In this document: positions 8,660-20,334 of the stretch, piece by piece
Layout of the letters: each line of letters starts with the position of its first letter
How positions within the stretch are numbered: the stretch's first letter is position 1
Origin: an uncultured Planctomycetaceae bacterium
GTDB taxonomy: Bacteria; Planctomycetota; Planctomycetia; Planctomycetales; Planctomycetaceae
Length of the DNA: 64,000 nt
Assembly (NCBI GenBank): GCA_963815195.1
Contig: CAWFGE010000010.1
Span: 320,001 to 384,000 of the forward strand
Reading direction: 5' to 3'
Program-made: the position numbers and the translations under genes
Notes under the pieces: model-generated
Told to the model about the DNA's origin: nothing
Databases searched by the model: none
The model's input: the letters and a program-made list of their open reading frames with translations, nothing else

Positions 8660-10793
8660 ATGACGGATCAAACCGCAACCCTGCCTCCGGAACTTGCGAA
8701 TAATCCCCTGTTGGTCACCGAAGGACTTCCCCGTTACGACCAGACCCTACCCGAACATGTTTTGCCCGCGGCTCAATATGTGCTCGCCGAGGCCGAGCAG
8801 AAACTGAACGCGCTGGAACAGGAAATCCGGCCGACCTGGGACGGGGTGGTGGTTCCGCTGGAGGAAAACGGTCAAAGGTTTCAGTGGGCGTGGAGTCCGG
8901 TGGGACATTTGCACGGCGTGAAGAACTCGCCGGAACTCCGCGAGGTTTACGAAAAGGCCCGGCCCAGCTTCGTCGAATACGGTTTGCGGGTCAGCCAAAG
9001 CGAGCCGGTGTACCGGGCGCTCAAAGGCATTCGCGAGGGGGACGAATGGGAAACGCTCGACGAAGCCCAACGCCGAATCGTGACGACGCATCTCCGCGAC
9101 ATGGAACTTTCGGGCATCGGCCTGGAAGGCGAGAAGCGGAAGCGGTTTAATGAGATCGTCAACGAACTCTCCAAGCTGGCGACCGATTTTTCCAACCACG
9201 TTTTGGATGCGACGAAAGCGTTCTCGCTGGTGCTGACGGAACCGGGGGACGTGGAAGGTCTGCCGCCGAGTTTGCTGGCTCTCGCGGCCCAATCGTACAA
9301 CCAGGCTTCCGACGTGCCCGAAGGCGAACCGCCCCGAAGCGCCTCGCCGGACAAAGGCCCCTGGCGGTTCACGCTCGATGTGCCGAGCTTTCTGCCGTTT
9401 ATGAAGCACGGCCGCAAGCGGGAGCTGCGCGAGAAAATGTACCGGGCCTACGTCACGCGGGCCTCGCAAGGTGAATGGGACAACACGCGCCTTATCGAAC
9501 GCATCTTGAAACTCCGCCAAGAGGAAGCCCACCTTTTGGGATATCGCACCTACGCGGAAGTCAGTCTGCTCCAGAAGATGGCTCCGAACGTGGCCGCGGT
9601 GGAGCAAATGTTTCAGACTCTCCGCGATGCCGCGTGGAAACCGGCGAAGCACGACCTGGCGCACCTGAAAGAACTGGCCGAGTCTTCGGGCGTGAGCGAA
9701 CCGCTCATGCATTGGGATATTCCCTTCTGGTCGGAACGCCTGCGGGAAAAGCGGTTCGACTTTACCGATGAAGAACTCCGGCCGTATTTTCCCCTCGAAC
9801 GGGTGATGAACGGGTTGTTCGATCTGGTGGAGCGGTTGTTTGCCATCCAGGTCAAGTCGGCGGACGGCGAAGCCCCGGTTTGGCACCCGGATGTGCGGTT
9901 CTTCAAGATTCACGACGCCGACGGCACGCACATTGCTTCGTTTTATATCGATCCCTACTCCCGGCCGGAGAACAAACAAGGCGGAGCGTGGATGGCGACT
10001 TGCATGAACCGCCGGCGGAATCCCGACGGCAGTTTGCAGTTGCCTGTGGCGCATTTGATCTTGAACTCCACGCCGCCGGTGGGCGAGCATCCGTCGCTGA
10101 TGACATTCCGCGAAGTCGAGACGCTGTTTCACGAGTTCGGGCATGGCCTGCAACACATGCTCACGCGGGTGGATTACACCGATGCCGCGGGCATCAACGG
10201 CATTGAATGGGACGCGGTGGAACTCCCCAGCCAGTTCATGGAGAACTGGTGCTACCACAAACCGACACTTCTGGGGATGACGGCTCATTACCAAACCGGC
10301 GAGCCGCTGCCCGGGCCGCTGTTTGAAAAGCTCCGCGAAGCCCGCACGTTTCAATCCGGCATGCAGACGCTCAGGCAGTTGAACTTCGGGATGACGGACA
10401 TGGCGCTGCATCACGAATACGATCCGGACGGCTGCGAAAGTCCGCTGGACGTGGCCCGGGGGATTGCGAAGCAAACCTCGCTCCTGGAGCCGCTTCCCGA
10501 AGATCGCACGCTGTGCGCAGTTTCAGCACATTTTTGCCGGCGGCTACGCGGCGGGGTATTATAGTTATAAGTGGGCGGAAGTGCTGAGCGCGGATGCCTT
10601 CAGCGCGTTTGAGGAAGCGGGCCTCGACGACGAGGCGGCCTTGGAATCAACCGGACACCGATTCCGCGACACGATCCTGGCATTGGGCGGCGGGCGTCAT
10701 CCGATGGAAGTGTTTAAAGACTTTCGCGGCCGGGAACCCAAACCGGACGCGCTCCTCCGCCACAGCGGATTGGTGCCGGAGAAATCTCAGTAA
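8660..10793 (+). CDS. prlC: Oligopeptidase A (M3 metallopeptidase); one frameshift near 10520, probably a sequencing indel
   Basis: NPLL start, [10 protein letters not shown] zinc motif, [15 protein letters not shown]-terminal [18 protein letters not shown] continues in a shifted frame. Confidence 0.92.
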
Positions 10794-11078
10794 CGGCGGA
10801 TTTGGGAGGTTCTTGGATTCCAAGTGTCGCACTCGATGCGGCAAATCTCGCGATGCCGTGGGGCTCGGCAGGATGCTGGAAATACGGTGGGGAATTCCGG
10901 ACAATCGGTTTATCATGGAAGGAAACACAGTGAAACGCCTTTACGGGGGTGGGTGAACTGGGCGTTCTCTGGTAGGGAATCCCCCGAATGTTTTGCCGCC
11001 AAACGCGAGGTATGATTTTGTATTAGGAAGGAAGCCTTCCTTCGGGCCCACTCGGCGAAGGGAATCGTCCGATGTAGC

Positions 11079-13435
11079 GTGTTATCAGGAACTTGGCTCG
11101 CACTTCTCGTCCGCGAGAAGGACGATCAAGCCGATTCCAAGATGTTTTTGGCCCGAACGAGATTCCCCGTGACGCGATCCCCTTCAAACCCCAGTCCGGA
11201 ATTGCCCATCACGAAGAAATCCTTTTCCGAAGGACGGTCCCCGTCCAAAGTCCCCCCGTCAAAACCCGCCTCCAAAGCGGTTCGAGAAGAATCCGCCATT
11301 TCAGACCCCGCTGCCCAAGACGCCGCGGAATCGGAGAAACGTCGTTCCGTGTCGCCTGCCATTCGCGAAGTTGTCGGCCGGTCCCCGGTGGCTCCCACGT
11401 TGAGCATCCTGCGGGGGTTGAAAGCCGGCCGGGTTTATGAACTCTTGGGCGATTCGATTTCCATCGGCCGGAACTCGCACTGCGATCTGGTCCTGCCGGA
11501 CGAAGTGGTGTCCCGCAACCACGCCCGCCTGCGGAGCCGCGAGGATGGGATTTCCATCGAGGACCTCGGCAGCCGAAACGGCACGTTCGTGAACGGGAAG
11601 CGGATCACGGAGCCGACGAAACTCAACGACGGCGATTACATCCAGGTTTACGAACTGCTGCTGTCGTTCCACATTGAAGGCAAAACCGGTTCGGGGACCA
11701 TGCTGCGGTCGCCAATGATCCAGGAAGAACTCGCGGATTGGTCCGCCGAGGATTCCGCCATCGATGTGGCGAGCCTGGGGCCGATGCCGCGCCCCGCCGG
11801 CGAGGGCGGTCGTCTGCGATCATTATGACGCTGGATGCGTCCTGGACGGGTCCGGAGCGGATCGAAGTCAACGCGGAAACCAAGCTGCAGGCGGTGCTCG
11901 AGATCACGCGCAACCTGGGCAGCACGCTGGATCTGGACCATGTGCTCACGCGGATTCTCGACAGCGTGTTTCGCTTCTTTCCGCAAGCCGATCATGGATA
12001 CATTTTGAAGTCGGAGCCGAAGGGCGGATTGCGGCCCGCCGTGCTCAAGCACCGCGAACGCGGGAGCGGGGGAGGGCCGAGCACGATCCGCCCCATCGCC
12101 CGCACGGTCGCCAAGCAGGTGCTCTCCGAGGCCAAGGCGATCCTCAGTTCGGACGTGGTCTACGATCAGCACGCAGGCGAGATGCCCTCCGTCATCGAGC
12201 CGGAACATCGTTCGATGATGTGCGCCCCGCTGATGGGGCCGTCCCAGATGCCCTTGGGCATCATTTACATCGACACCGAAGATTCGCTGCATCCCTTCGG
12301 GGCGGACGATTTGGACGTGCTCGTGTGCATTGCGATCCTTGCCGGCCAGGCGATGGAGCAGGCGTCGGTCTCCGAGGCCCGCTACCGGGCGGTGGTCGAT
12401 GCCGCCGCCGACGGCATTCTTACGATCAACGACAAAGGCATCATCCAATCGGTGAACCCGGCCATCGAACGCCTCTTCGGATACGCCTCCCACGAATTGA
12501 TCGGGCAGCCGGTGTCCTGGCTTTCGGCAAACCGCGAGAACGGGCAAGCCCCGTCGCATCTGGGATTCTTTGAGCCCGACGAAGAAGATTCCACGCTCGG
12601 CAACCTGCGGGAAACCACCGGCCGGCGGAAGGACGGCAGCACGTTTCCGCTGTCGCTGTCCGTGGCGGAAGTGGAACTCGGCGGCGAACGGCTGTTGACG
12701 GGCATCCTCCAGGACATTACCGACCGCAAACGCGCCGAGCAGGACCGCCTCCAGGCCGAGCTCGTCAACATCGTCTGGGAACAGCAGCGGCACTTCGGCC
12801 AGGAACTTCACGACAGCTTCGGCCAGGAACTCACCGGCATTCGGCTATTGATCGACAGCCTCCGGCAGCGGCTCAAAAACCACAAACTTCCCGAAGCCGA
12901 AACGGCCGAGGAACTGGCGTCCCTGATTCGCGACGCCCAGGCCAAGATGCGAGGCATGGCCCGCGGGCTGTTTCCGGTGGAAATCTTCGCCCACGGCCTG
13001 ATGTCCGCTCTGGAAGACCTCGCCAACACGATTCGCAGCAGCCGGCAGGTGGAATGCTCTTTCCACTCGGAAGGACCGGTCGATGTCGACAGCAACGAAG
13101 TCGCCACGCATCTGTTCCGCATCGCCCAGGAAGCCGTCACCAACGCCGTCAAACACAGCGGAGCCAAACACCTCAGGATTTCCCTCATGGGCAAAGGCTC
13201 CCAACTGGTGCTCACGATCCGGGACGACGGCCGCGGATTGCCGGCCGATGCGATCAACCAATCCTCCTTATCCTCCGGCATGGGACTGCGCACCATGAAA
13301 TACCGGGCCAACGTGGTGGGAGCGGATCTGACCATCCATTCCGCCAAAGATTCCTCATCTTCCGACGCGTCGTGTGGTACAATTGTAAGATGCGTCTATC
13401 AACGTGATCGACAAATGGAAGGCCTCCCCTCATGA
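11079..13435 (+). CDS. FHA-GAF-PAS-HisKA_3 sensor histidine kinase; frameshift near 11800, start uncertain
   Basis: FHA (IGRN..VSRNHA..DLGSRNGTFVNG); GAF (SMMCAPLM..GIIYID); PAS (NPAIERLFGY..GRRKDGSTFP); QELHDSFGQEL H-box; EAVTNAVKHS, DDGRG and GMGLRTM. Confidence 0.85.
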
Positions 13436-14169
13436 CGACTCATTTCGACTCTTTGGAACAACTTCGAGATCCCGCAATGGCCAACAACGACCCCGCTCCC
13501 GGCGAAAAAAGCCGGATTTTGATCGTCGATGACCATCCGGTCATGCGGAAGGGGCTTTCCCAGGTCATTGACGACCAAACGGATATGGAGGTTTGCGGGG
13601 AGGCTTCGAACATCCCGGAAGCTCTGGAGAAAATCCAGCAGCTCAAGCCCGATCTGGTCATTGTGGATATTTCCCTGGGCGATGGGAACGGGATCGAGCT
13701 CATCAAGCAGATCCGCAGCCGAGGCGAAGAACCCCGAATGCTCGTGTCGTCGATGCACGACGAGTCCCTGTTCGCCGAGCGGGCCATCCGCGCGGGAGCG
13801 CAGGGCTACGTCAACAAACACGAAGACACCGAGCGGCTGATTCAAGCCCTCCGGGACATCCGCGCCGGCCGCATCGCCCTCAGCGAAAAAATGACGGACC
13901 GGCTCTTAAACCGCGTCGCGGGCCGGCACGACGACGGCGGCTCGCCGCTCGACCGCTTGACCGACCGCGAACTCGAGGTCTTCCGGCTCATCGGCGAAGC
14001 GCTGACCACCCGCGAGATCGCAGCCCGGCTGGAACTCAGCCGCAAGACCGTGGAAACCTACCGCGAAAACATCAAAGCCAAGCTGAACCTGGCCAACGCC
14101 GCCGAACTCACCCGCCACGCCGTGCAATGGGTCCTCGAAGAAGGCGGCCTCGCCGATCGCGACGGCTAA
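13432..14169 (+). CDS. NarL/LuxR-family response regulator (alternative start 13477)
   Basis: ILIVDDHP, DLVIVDISL, and LuxR HTH LTDRELEVFRLIG..TVETYRENIKAKL. Confidence 0.95.
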   Translation: MTTHFDSLEQLRDPAMANNDPAPGEKSRILIVDDHPVMRKGLSQVIDDQTDMEVCGEASNIPEALEKIQQLKPDLVIVDISLGDGNGIELIKQIRSRGEEPRMLVSSMHDESLFAERAIRAGAQGYVNKHEDTERLIQALRDIRAGRIALSEKMTDRLLNRVAGRHDDGGSPLDRLTDRELEVFRLIGEALTTREIAARLELSRKTVETYRENIKAKLNLANAAELTRHAVQWVLEEGGLADRDG

Positions 14170-14303
14170 GCGAAGCGGACTTCGTCGCAAGGAATGGTTC
14201 GCTCAAGGGACCGGCGGGTGTCGTCAGGCACCGGCCGGTTCGGGTGTTTATCGGCGGAGAATCCCCGTCTTTCCCCTCCAGGAAATCGTTGAAGGAGCCG
14301 ACC

Positions 14304-14741
14304 ATGAACGACGTCACCAGGCGGAAGGCTTTGAAATTTGCGGCCGCCGGTTTGGGAACCATCGCGGGAGGTTCCCTGTTGGCTGCGGATCAGAACAACG
14401 ATCCCCAACACGCGATGAAGGACCGCTGGCGCGCATGGGCCGTCACGAAGGGCCAACACGCGAAACTGGTGGTCGAAGGCATTTACAGCCAGGGAGGGCC
14501 GGGGTTGGTGGCGATCGTCCAAGAGGCTGTGCCCCAGGGCATCAATCCGAAGATCCTCATGCTCAAAGTGCAGATCGCCAAGCTGCCCGGCGTGTGGCCG
14601 GCCGTTTTGCAGCCCATCCCTGCCCAATATGCCAAAACGCCTTACCGAAAAGGTCAATATACGTCGATCCACCTGCTCTATCCCAATGGCGAGAGCATCA
14701 TGATTGACGAAATCACCGACACCGGCACCGGGCCGAAGTAA
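14304..14741 (+). CDS. Tat-exported hypothetical protein
   Basis: AAGGAG RBS; twin-arginine signal MNDVTRRKALKFAAAGLG. Confidence 0.75.
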   Translation: MNDVTRRKALKFAAAGLGTIAGGSLLAADQNNDPQHAMKDRWRAWAVTKGQHAKLVVEGIYSQGGPGLVAIVQEAVPQGINPKILMLKVQIAKLPGVWPAVLQPIPAQYAKTPYRKGQYTSIHLLYPNGESIMIDEITDTGTGPK

Positions 14742-14876
14742 CACGAGCAAAATCAGAAGCTTTCCGCCAATCATGCACCCGCTGTCTCCCGCGGCGGATT
14801 GAGTGATTGGCAGCGCCCGGCCTTCGCGGTATGCTGAAAGATCGGACCCAAAACGTTTTTTTGCCCGATCGGAACC

Positions 14877-17202
14877 GTGATGCCTGCCGACGAATCTCAA
14901 GCCGCGGACTCGCGGTATGCCGCGACGATTATCACGCCGCACCATGAGTTCTCCAAAGAGCAGCAGGACATCGCGCTCGCGGCATTGGTGCTGAAGTCGG
15001 GTTTGCTGACCGAACGGCAACTCTCGATGGCCTTCGGAAGCTGGACCATTCACGGGAACGTGCCTTTAAGCCATCATCTGCTCAAGCTCGGCCTGTTGGA
15101 TGAGCCGAAACAAGAGCAGTTGGAGGAACAGGTCTCCAAACAGTTGGGCGCCCTCTGCGATTCGATCGATGGCAGTAACGGCAAGGGCACGAAGAGCATT
15201 CTGCTGGGCACGCTCGAAGCCATCGATCCGTCCGGCCTGGTGGCGAGGCTGATGGGAATCCTGCGCCGTCGCCGGGGCGGGGGCCAGCGATTCCGCGGGC
15301 GGCCGGCAAGCCAGCGTCCGCTACGAGTTCGTGCGGAAGCTGGGCCAAGGCGGACTGGGCCGGGTCTGGCTGGCGTTCGATCATCACCTGAAACGCCACG
15401 TCGCGGTCAAGGAAATCACCGTGCGGAACAACCCCGCCGCGCTCGAGCGGTTCCGCCGCGAGGCCGAGATCACGGGCCAGTTGGAGCATCCGGGCATCGT
15501 GCCGATTTATCAGCTCGGCGAAGACACGAACACCGGCGAAGTCTTCTACGCGATGCGGTTTCTGGGCAAGCGGACCTTCCACGACGCGATCATGGAATAC
15601 CACGAACGGCGGACCGAAGGGGACGACGACCCCATGCTCATCCGCCAACTCCTCACCGATTTCGTCAACATCTGCCAGGCCATCGGGCACGCCCATTCCC
15701 GCAAGGTGATCCACCGGGATCTCAAGCCGGAGAACGTGGCGATCGACAGCTTCGGCCAGGTGATCGTCATCGACTGGGGGATTGCGAAGGTCCTCGATGA
15801 AGTCCATCTGGGCGACCGTCTCGCGGCCCAGGAAACCTCCCCCGGCGGGCACAACAGCACGATGGAAGGGCAAGTCCTGGGGACGCCCTTGTACATGGCT
15901 CCCGAGCAAGCCGCCGGCCGGATCGACGAACTGGACGAACGGACGGACATCTACGGCCTGGGGAGCATTCTGTTTGCGATCCTCACGGGCTATGCCCCGC
16001 ACGAGCGGACGCGGGAAATCACCAACGCCGTCAACGGCCGCGATCTGCTCTCGGCCATCGCCGGCCAGCCGACGCCCAAGGTCTCGGAGGTCAATCCCGA
16101 TGTCGATCCGGCACTGGCGGCGATTTGTGAAAAGACGATGGCCCGCCGACAATACGCCCGCTATCAGTCGGCCACCGAGCTTGCGGGGGACGTGCAGCGG
16201 TGGATGGCGGGCGAACCGATTTCCGCCCACCGGGAAAAACTGCCGCAGCGGATCCGCCGCTGGGTGCACCGGCATCAGATCTGGTCGCAGGTGATCGCGG
16301 CGTCCTCGACGATCGTGATTGTCGCCGTGTTGACGCTGTGGATCTCCTCGGGCCGAAACCAGGCCGCGGAACGGCAGATCCTCTTCGATGAGATGCGAGG
16401 CTACGATCGCGAGATCGAACTGCAACTGAAGACCACGGCCCAGGAACTCGCGAAGGATGCCCGCTTCATGTCAATGCTGCCGCCGGTTCAGGGAATCATC
16501 GACGCCAAGAGCGGCGCGAAAGACTCCGACAGCGAAGTCGTCTGGCGCGGCCGGCTGGCAACCATTTACGAAGGGCTGCTACGGGCGAACCCCGATTACC
16601 TCGCCATCTCTTACACCGCAAAGGCGGAGGATGACAACGGCGTCAATCTCGTCCGCGTGGAACGCCACGTCACCGATGCCTCCTATGTCCGCCGCGTCCC
16701 GGAGAGCCGGCTCGGCGCATTTGCCGATGCGGATCTCTTGAAGCAGGCGTCGCTGCGTTCGCCGGGCGACATTCTGCTGATGATCCGCCGGCAATTGAAC
16801 GCGGACACCTCGCTGCTGCAGGACGTCCGCCTCTACGCGGCGACGCCGGTGTTCGATGAGACGACCGGCGACTTGTTCGGCGTCGTCACGATCGAGACCA
16901 ACTTGTTGAACCGCATCGTGCAGTTCCTCGAGCGCGTGGAGCAGCACACTGAGAGCATTTATATTACCGATTCCGAAGGGCAGGTGTGGGTCAGCGACGA
17001 TCCCGTGACCGGCGTGGACATCACGACCCGCGATCTCCACATCGCGGACCTCATTCCCGGCACGGCACCCTTCTTCCAAAACGCGGACGAGCAGCAGCAA
17101 TTAAACCGCGAGGAAGGCTGGATCGCCGGCAAAGTCCCGCTCGATCCCGCTAACCCGCGGCTCAAAGTCGGCGTCGTGCTCCGATTGGTCGAGCCGGAAT
17201 GA
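14877..17202 (+). CDS. Membrane Ser/Thr protein kinase with an extracytoplasmic Cache-like domain; frameshift near 15265
   Basis: GQGGLG, VAVKE, HRDLKPEN, DWGIAK and GTPLYMAPEQ; one TM helix followed by a dCache-like region (AATPVFD..FGVVTIE, IYITDSEG). Confidence 0.88.
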
Positions 17203-17294
17203 GGCCACGTTGGAATTTGATGTTCCCGCAATGTGAGCGGCCGGGCGAAAATTCGCGTGCGCGATTTTGCGCGTTTTCGAGATGCCATGATCTC

Positions 17295-17355
17295 AGGGCC
17301 ATAGGCCCGGGCCGATGTGAGCCCAGGGCTGGCATAGCGCCGGACCTTCGGTCCT
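17295..17355. repeat. REP-like inverted palindrome pair
   Basis: agggccataggcccgg and ccggaccttcggtcct in inverted orientation between convergent genes. Confidence 0.45.
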
Positions 17356-17433
17356 TTTGCCTGGATTTTGAATGACTGCAATATCAGGATCAGATTCTCC
17401 GGCACCAAACCGGGCAGAATTGCGCACGCTGAT

Positions 17434-18597
17434 TCAGCCGCCGGTCTCGGAAGCACGTTCGCCAAGGGCGGCCTTGAGCTCGGCGATCACGCCGGGATCG
17501 TGTTCGATTTCCAACCGGCGTTTCAAAGCGGCTTCGGCGGTCGGCTCGGACGCGAACCGCCCCAGAGCCCAGGCGACGGCTCCGCGAATCAGCGGCTCTT
17601 CATCGTTCAACCGCTCGAAGAGCAGCGGCAATGCCGCCGCGGGTCGCGTGTTGCCCACGACGATCGCTGCGTTTCGCAGAAGACCCGCCCGCCGGGGCCG
17701 AGCCATCGGCGTCTTGCGGAACCGCCCGCGGAATTTCTCGCCATCCATTTGCAGAAGGGCCAGGGCATCGGCGGGCGCCAGATCGGGAACAGGTTGGAAG
17801 GCCGGTTCGGCGGTGACGGGGGCTTTGCGGTTCCACGGGCAAACGTCCTGGCAAATGTCGCAGCCGAACAGCCAATCGCCCAGGCCTTCGCGAAACTCCT
17901 CAGGCACCGGTTCGCGAAGCTCGATCGTCAAATACGAAATGCACCGCCGGGCGTCGAGCACGTAGGGTTCGGGGAAGGCATCGGTCGGGCAAGCATCCAG
18001 GCAACGCCGGCAGCTGCCGCAATGCGAGGTGTGATGCGGCTCGTCGTAGGCGAGTTCCACATCGGTCAAAAGGGCCGACAGAAACAGCCAACTCCCCGCA
18101 TGTTTGTTGATGAGCATCGTGTTCTTGCCGAACCATCCCAAGCCCGCGAGCCGGGCGAAGTCGCGTTCCAACAGCGGCGCGGTGTCCACGACGCCCCGCG
18201 TTCTGCCGCCGGGAAATCTCGTGTGCACAAAATCCCCCAACTGTTTCAGTCGGCTTTTTAAGAGATCATGATAATCCGCCGACCCCCAGGCATAGCGCGA
18301 GACTCTCGCCTCGCCCGGCCGGGTTTCGGGCGGGTCGGCTGTGCGGTAATTCGTGCCGAGAACGATCAAACTTTTCACGCCGTCCAGAACGTGCCGGGGA
18401 TGTTCATACGCGGTTTCGCGGCTCGGCAGATAGTGCATCTCGCCCGCATAGCCCTTCGCGATCCATTCGGCGAGTGCCGAGAATCCGAGCGGCGAAACCG
18501 CCGGGGCGATCCCCGCCAGATCAAACCCCAACCGCCGGGCCTCGGCTTTGATCGCCTCGGCGAGTTCGGTTTGTTCGTTGGTCTCGGCAAGCGGCAT
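17434..18597 (-). CDS. queG: Epoxyqueuosine reductase
   Basis: RYAWG.DYH, VDTAPLLER..A..AGLGWFGKN, CGSCRRCLDACPT, CISYLTIE and GCDICQDVCPWN; HEAT-like C-terminus. Confidence 0.95.
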   Translation of the reverse strand: MPLAETNEQTELAEAIKAEARRLGFDLAGIAPAVSPLGFSALAEWIAKGYAGEMHYLPSRETAYEHPRHVLDGVKSLIVLGTNYRTADPPETRPGEARVSRYAWGSADYHDLLKSRLKQLGDFVHTRFPGGRTRGVVDTAPLLERDFARLAGLGWFGKNTMLINKHAGSWLFLSALLTDVELAYDEPHHTSHCGSCRRCLDACPTDAFPEPYVLDARRCISYLTIELREPVPEEFREGLGDWLFGCDICQDVCPWNRKAPVTAEPAFQPVPDLAPADALALLQMDGEKFRGRFRKTPMARPRRAGLLRNAAIVVGNTRPAAALPLLFERLNDEEPLIRGAVAWALGRFASEPTAEAALKRRLEIEHDPGVIAELKAALGERASETGG

Positions 18598-18634
18598 TAT
18601 CGATTTCAGTAAGAAAAATGGTTCTGTCTTTCGT

Positions 18635-18717
18635 GTGCCACTGGCAGCTTGCTGCCAGTGCATTCCCGGGTTGACGGTCGGTTACGGAAAACACTGGCAA
18701 CGAGTTGCCAGTGGCAC
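18635..18717. repeat. REP/REPIN-like doublet (GTGCCACTGGCA family)
   Basis: gtgccactggcagcttgctgccagtg and its inverted near-copy cactggcaacgagttgccagtggcac, each palindromic. Confidence 0.7.
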
Positions 18718-18752
18718 CCTTTTTCTGTCAACTTTGCGACGCCCAAAGACGC

Positions 18753-19172
18753 TCAAGCCGGCCGTTCTTGCGGGGAGGCGGGATCGCTGATGGCGTAGGC
18801 TTGCCGCTCGAAAGGGTTGTCGCGGTAGGCGTCGCCGCGGCGGATCCAGATCACCGCCGACGACAACATATACGCCGGCAGAAAAAACGGCCCCCACACT
18901 TCGCATTGGCGGACGTGGACCATTTCGTGCTCCCGGCAAAAGTCGAGCGACGCCTCGTTCAAGCCGATGATCACGTGCCCCAAGGTCATCGCCATCGGTC
19001 GGATGGGCAACCGCGACAGGAACCACGTCACCATCCCTCCGTAAAACTCCAGCACCCGCCCCTTCCGCTGCACCCGGCCGCCGGTCAAAAGTCCCAGCGA
19101 GCCGACCGTTAAACCGATCAGCGTCGTCGGCAGCGACCAGATCATCCCTGCAAAAATGAGCCAAGGACGCAA
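18753..19172 (-). CDS. Membrane-anchored hypothetical protein with an HExxH zincin-like motif
   Basis: AMTLGHVI, HEMVHVRQ and YRDNPFERQAY. Confidence 0.7.
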   Translation of the reverse strand: MRPWLIFAGMIWSLPTTLIGLTVGSLGLLTGGRVQRKGRVLEFYGGMVTWFLSRLPIRPMAMTLGHVIIGLNEASLDFCREHEMVHVRQCEVWGPFFLPAYMLSSAVIWIRRGDAYRDNPFERQAYAISDPASPQERPA

Positions 19173-19253
19173 GAGTTCTCCTCCCGGAAAATCGCGGGCA
19201 TTCGCGGGTGCGGATGACGCGGCGGTGAAACTTCAGTAAGATCGATTTCTATG

Positions 19254-19290
19254 AGGGGCAAAGGCCACAAAGGAGCAAAGTCCGCAAAGT
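19254..19290. repeat. Dispersed 37-bp octamer-period repeat, copy 1 (copy 2 at 30905-30941)
   Basis: aggggcaaaggccacaaaggagcaaagtccgcaaagt. Confidence 0.6.
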
Positions 19291-19362
19291 TTCAAATCAG
19301 TTTAGTCCGCCCCCCAAATTCTGACAATTCGGTTTCTTCCATCCTATACTTCGAGGTTCGCT

Positions 19363-20301
19363 ATGACAAACTTTGATCCCGCCGCTTCTGAAAAACTCAG
19401 CCGCCGATCGCTGCTCCACCGCACCGCCGGCACCGCGGCGTTGTTGGGTCTGCCGGGCCTCGCGTCGGCCGTGTATGCGGGCGAAGAAAAGTCTTCCGGC
19501 AATGCCGGCAGCGGGCAGATCAAACAGTCCATCGTGCACTGGTGCTTCGCCAAGTATTGGGACGTGGAAGAGACCGCCAAGGTCGCCAAGAAACTCGGCT
19601 GCCGGAGCATCGAACTGATCTCCCCCGACCACTGGCCGACCTTAAAGAAATACGACCTGACCTGCGCGATCGCCTCGATCGACATGGCTCCCGATGCCCC
19701 GTTCGTCAAGGGTTTCAACAACCCCAAGTATTGGCCCAAGGTGCTGAAAGCCACCAAGGATGCGATCGACGCCGCGGCCGCCAATCGGCGTTCACAACGT
19801 GATCGCCTTCACCGGCATGGCCGAGGGCTTGACGCGACGAGGAAGGGGCCGCCAACTGCGTCAAAGGTTTTAAGCAGATCGTCGGCTACGCCGAGAAGAA
19901 CAAGGTCAACATCTGCCTGGAGATGCTCAACACCCGCGACAGTCGCATCCCATGAAAGGGCATCCCGGCTACCAGGGCGACCACACCGACTACTGCATCG
20001 ACATCATCAAGCGGGTCGGCTCGCCGCGGCATGAAACTGCTGTTCGACATCTACCACGTGCAGATCATGGACGGCGACGTCATCCGCCGCATCCGCCAGC
20101 ACAAGGAATACATCGGCCACATCCACACCGCCGGCAACCCCGGCCGCGGCGAACTCGACGACACGCAGGAAATCAACTACCCGCCGATCATGCGGGCGCT
20201 GTTGGACTCGGAACTACGAAGGCTACGTCGGCCAGGAGTTCATCCCCACCCGCGATCCCCTCGCCGGCCTGACCCAAGCGGTGAAACTGTGCGACGTGTG
20301 A
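19363..20301 (+). CDS. Tat-signal hydroxypyruvate isomerase / sugar-phosphate isomerase-like TIM barrel; several frameshifts
   Basis: SRRSLL Tat motif; [35 protein letters not shown] and [10 protein letters not shown] spread over several frames. Confidence 0.8.
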
Positions 20302-20305
20302 TGTT

Positions 20306-20334
20306 CATTAGCCGCAGGGTGCTAGCCCCGGTTC
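20306..20334. repeat. REP-like element (ATTAGCCGCAGGG family; related copies near 24796-24822 and 51435-51497)
   Basis: attagccgcagggtgctagccccggttc is nearly identical to the 51435 arm. Confidence 0.65.

Noticed and set aside
18635..18717. CRISPR array from the palindromic repeats
   Set aside because: Copies occur as inverted doublets, not direct repeats with unique spacers, and no cas genes are present.
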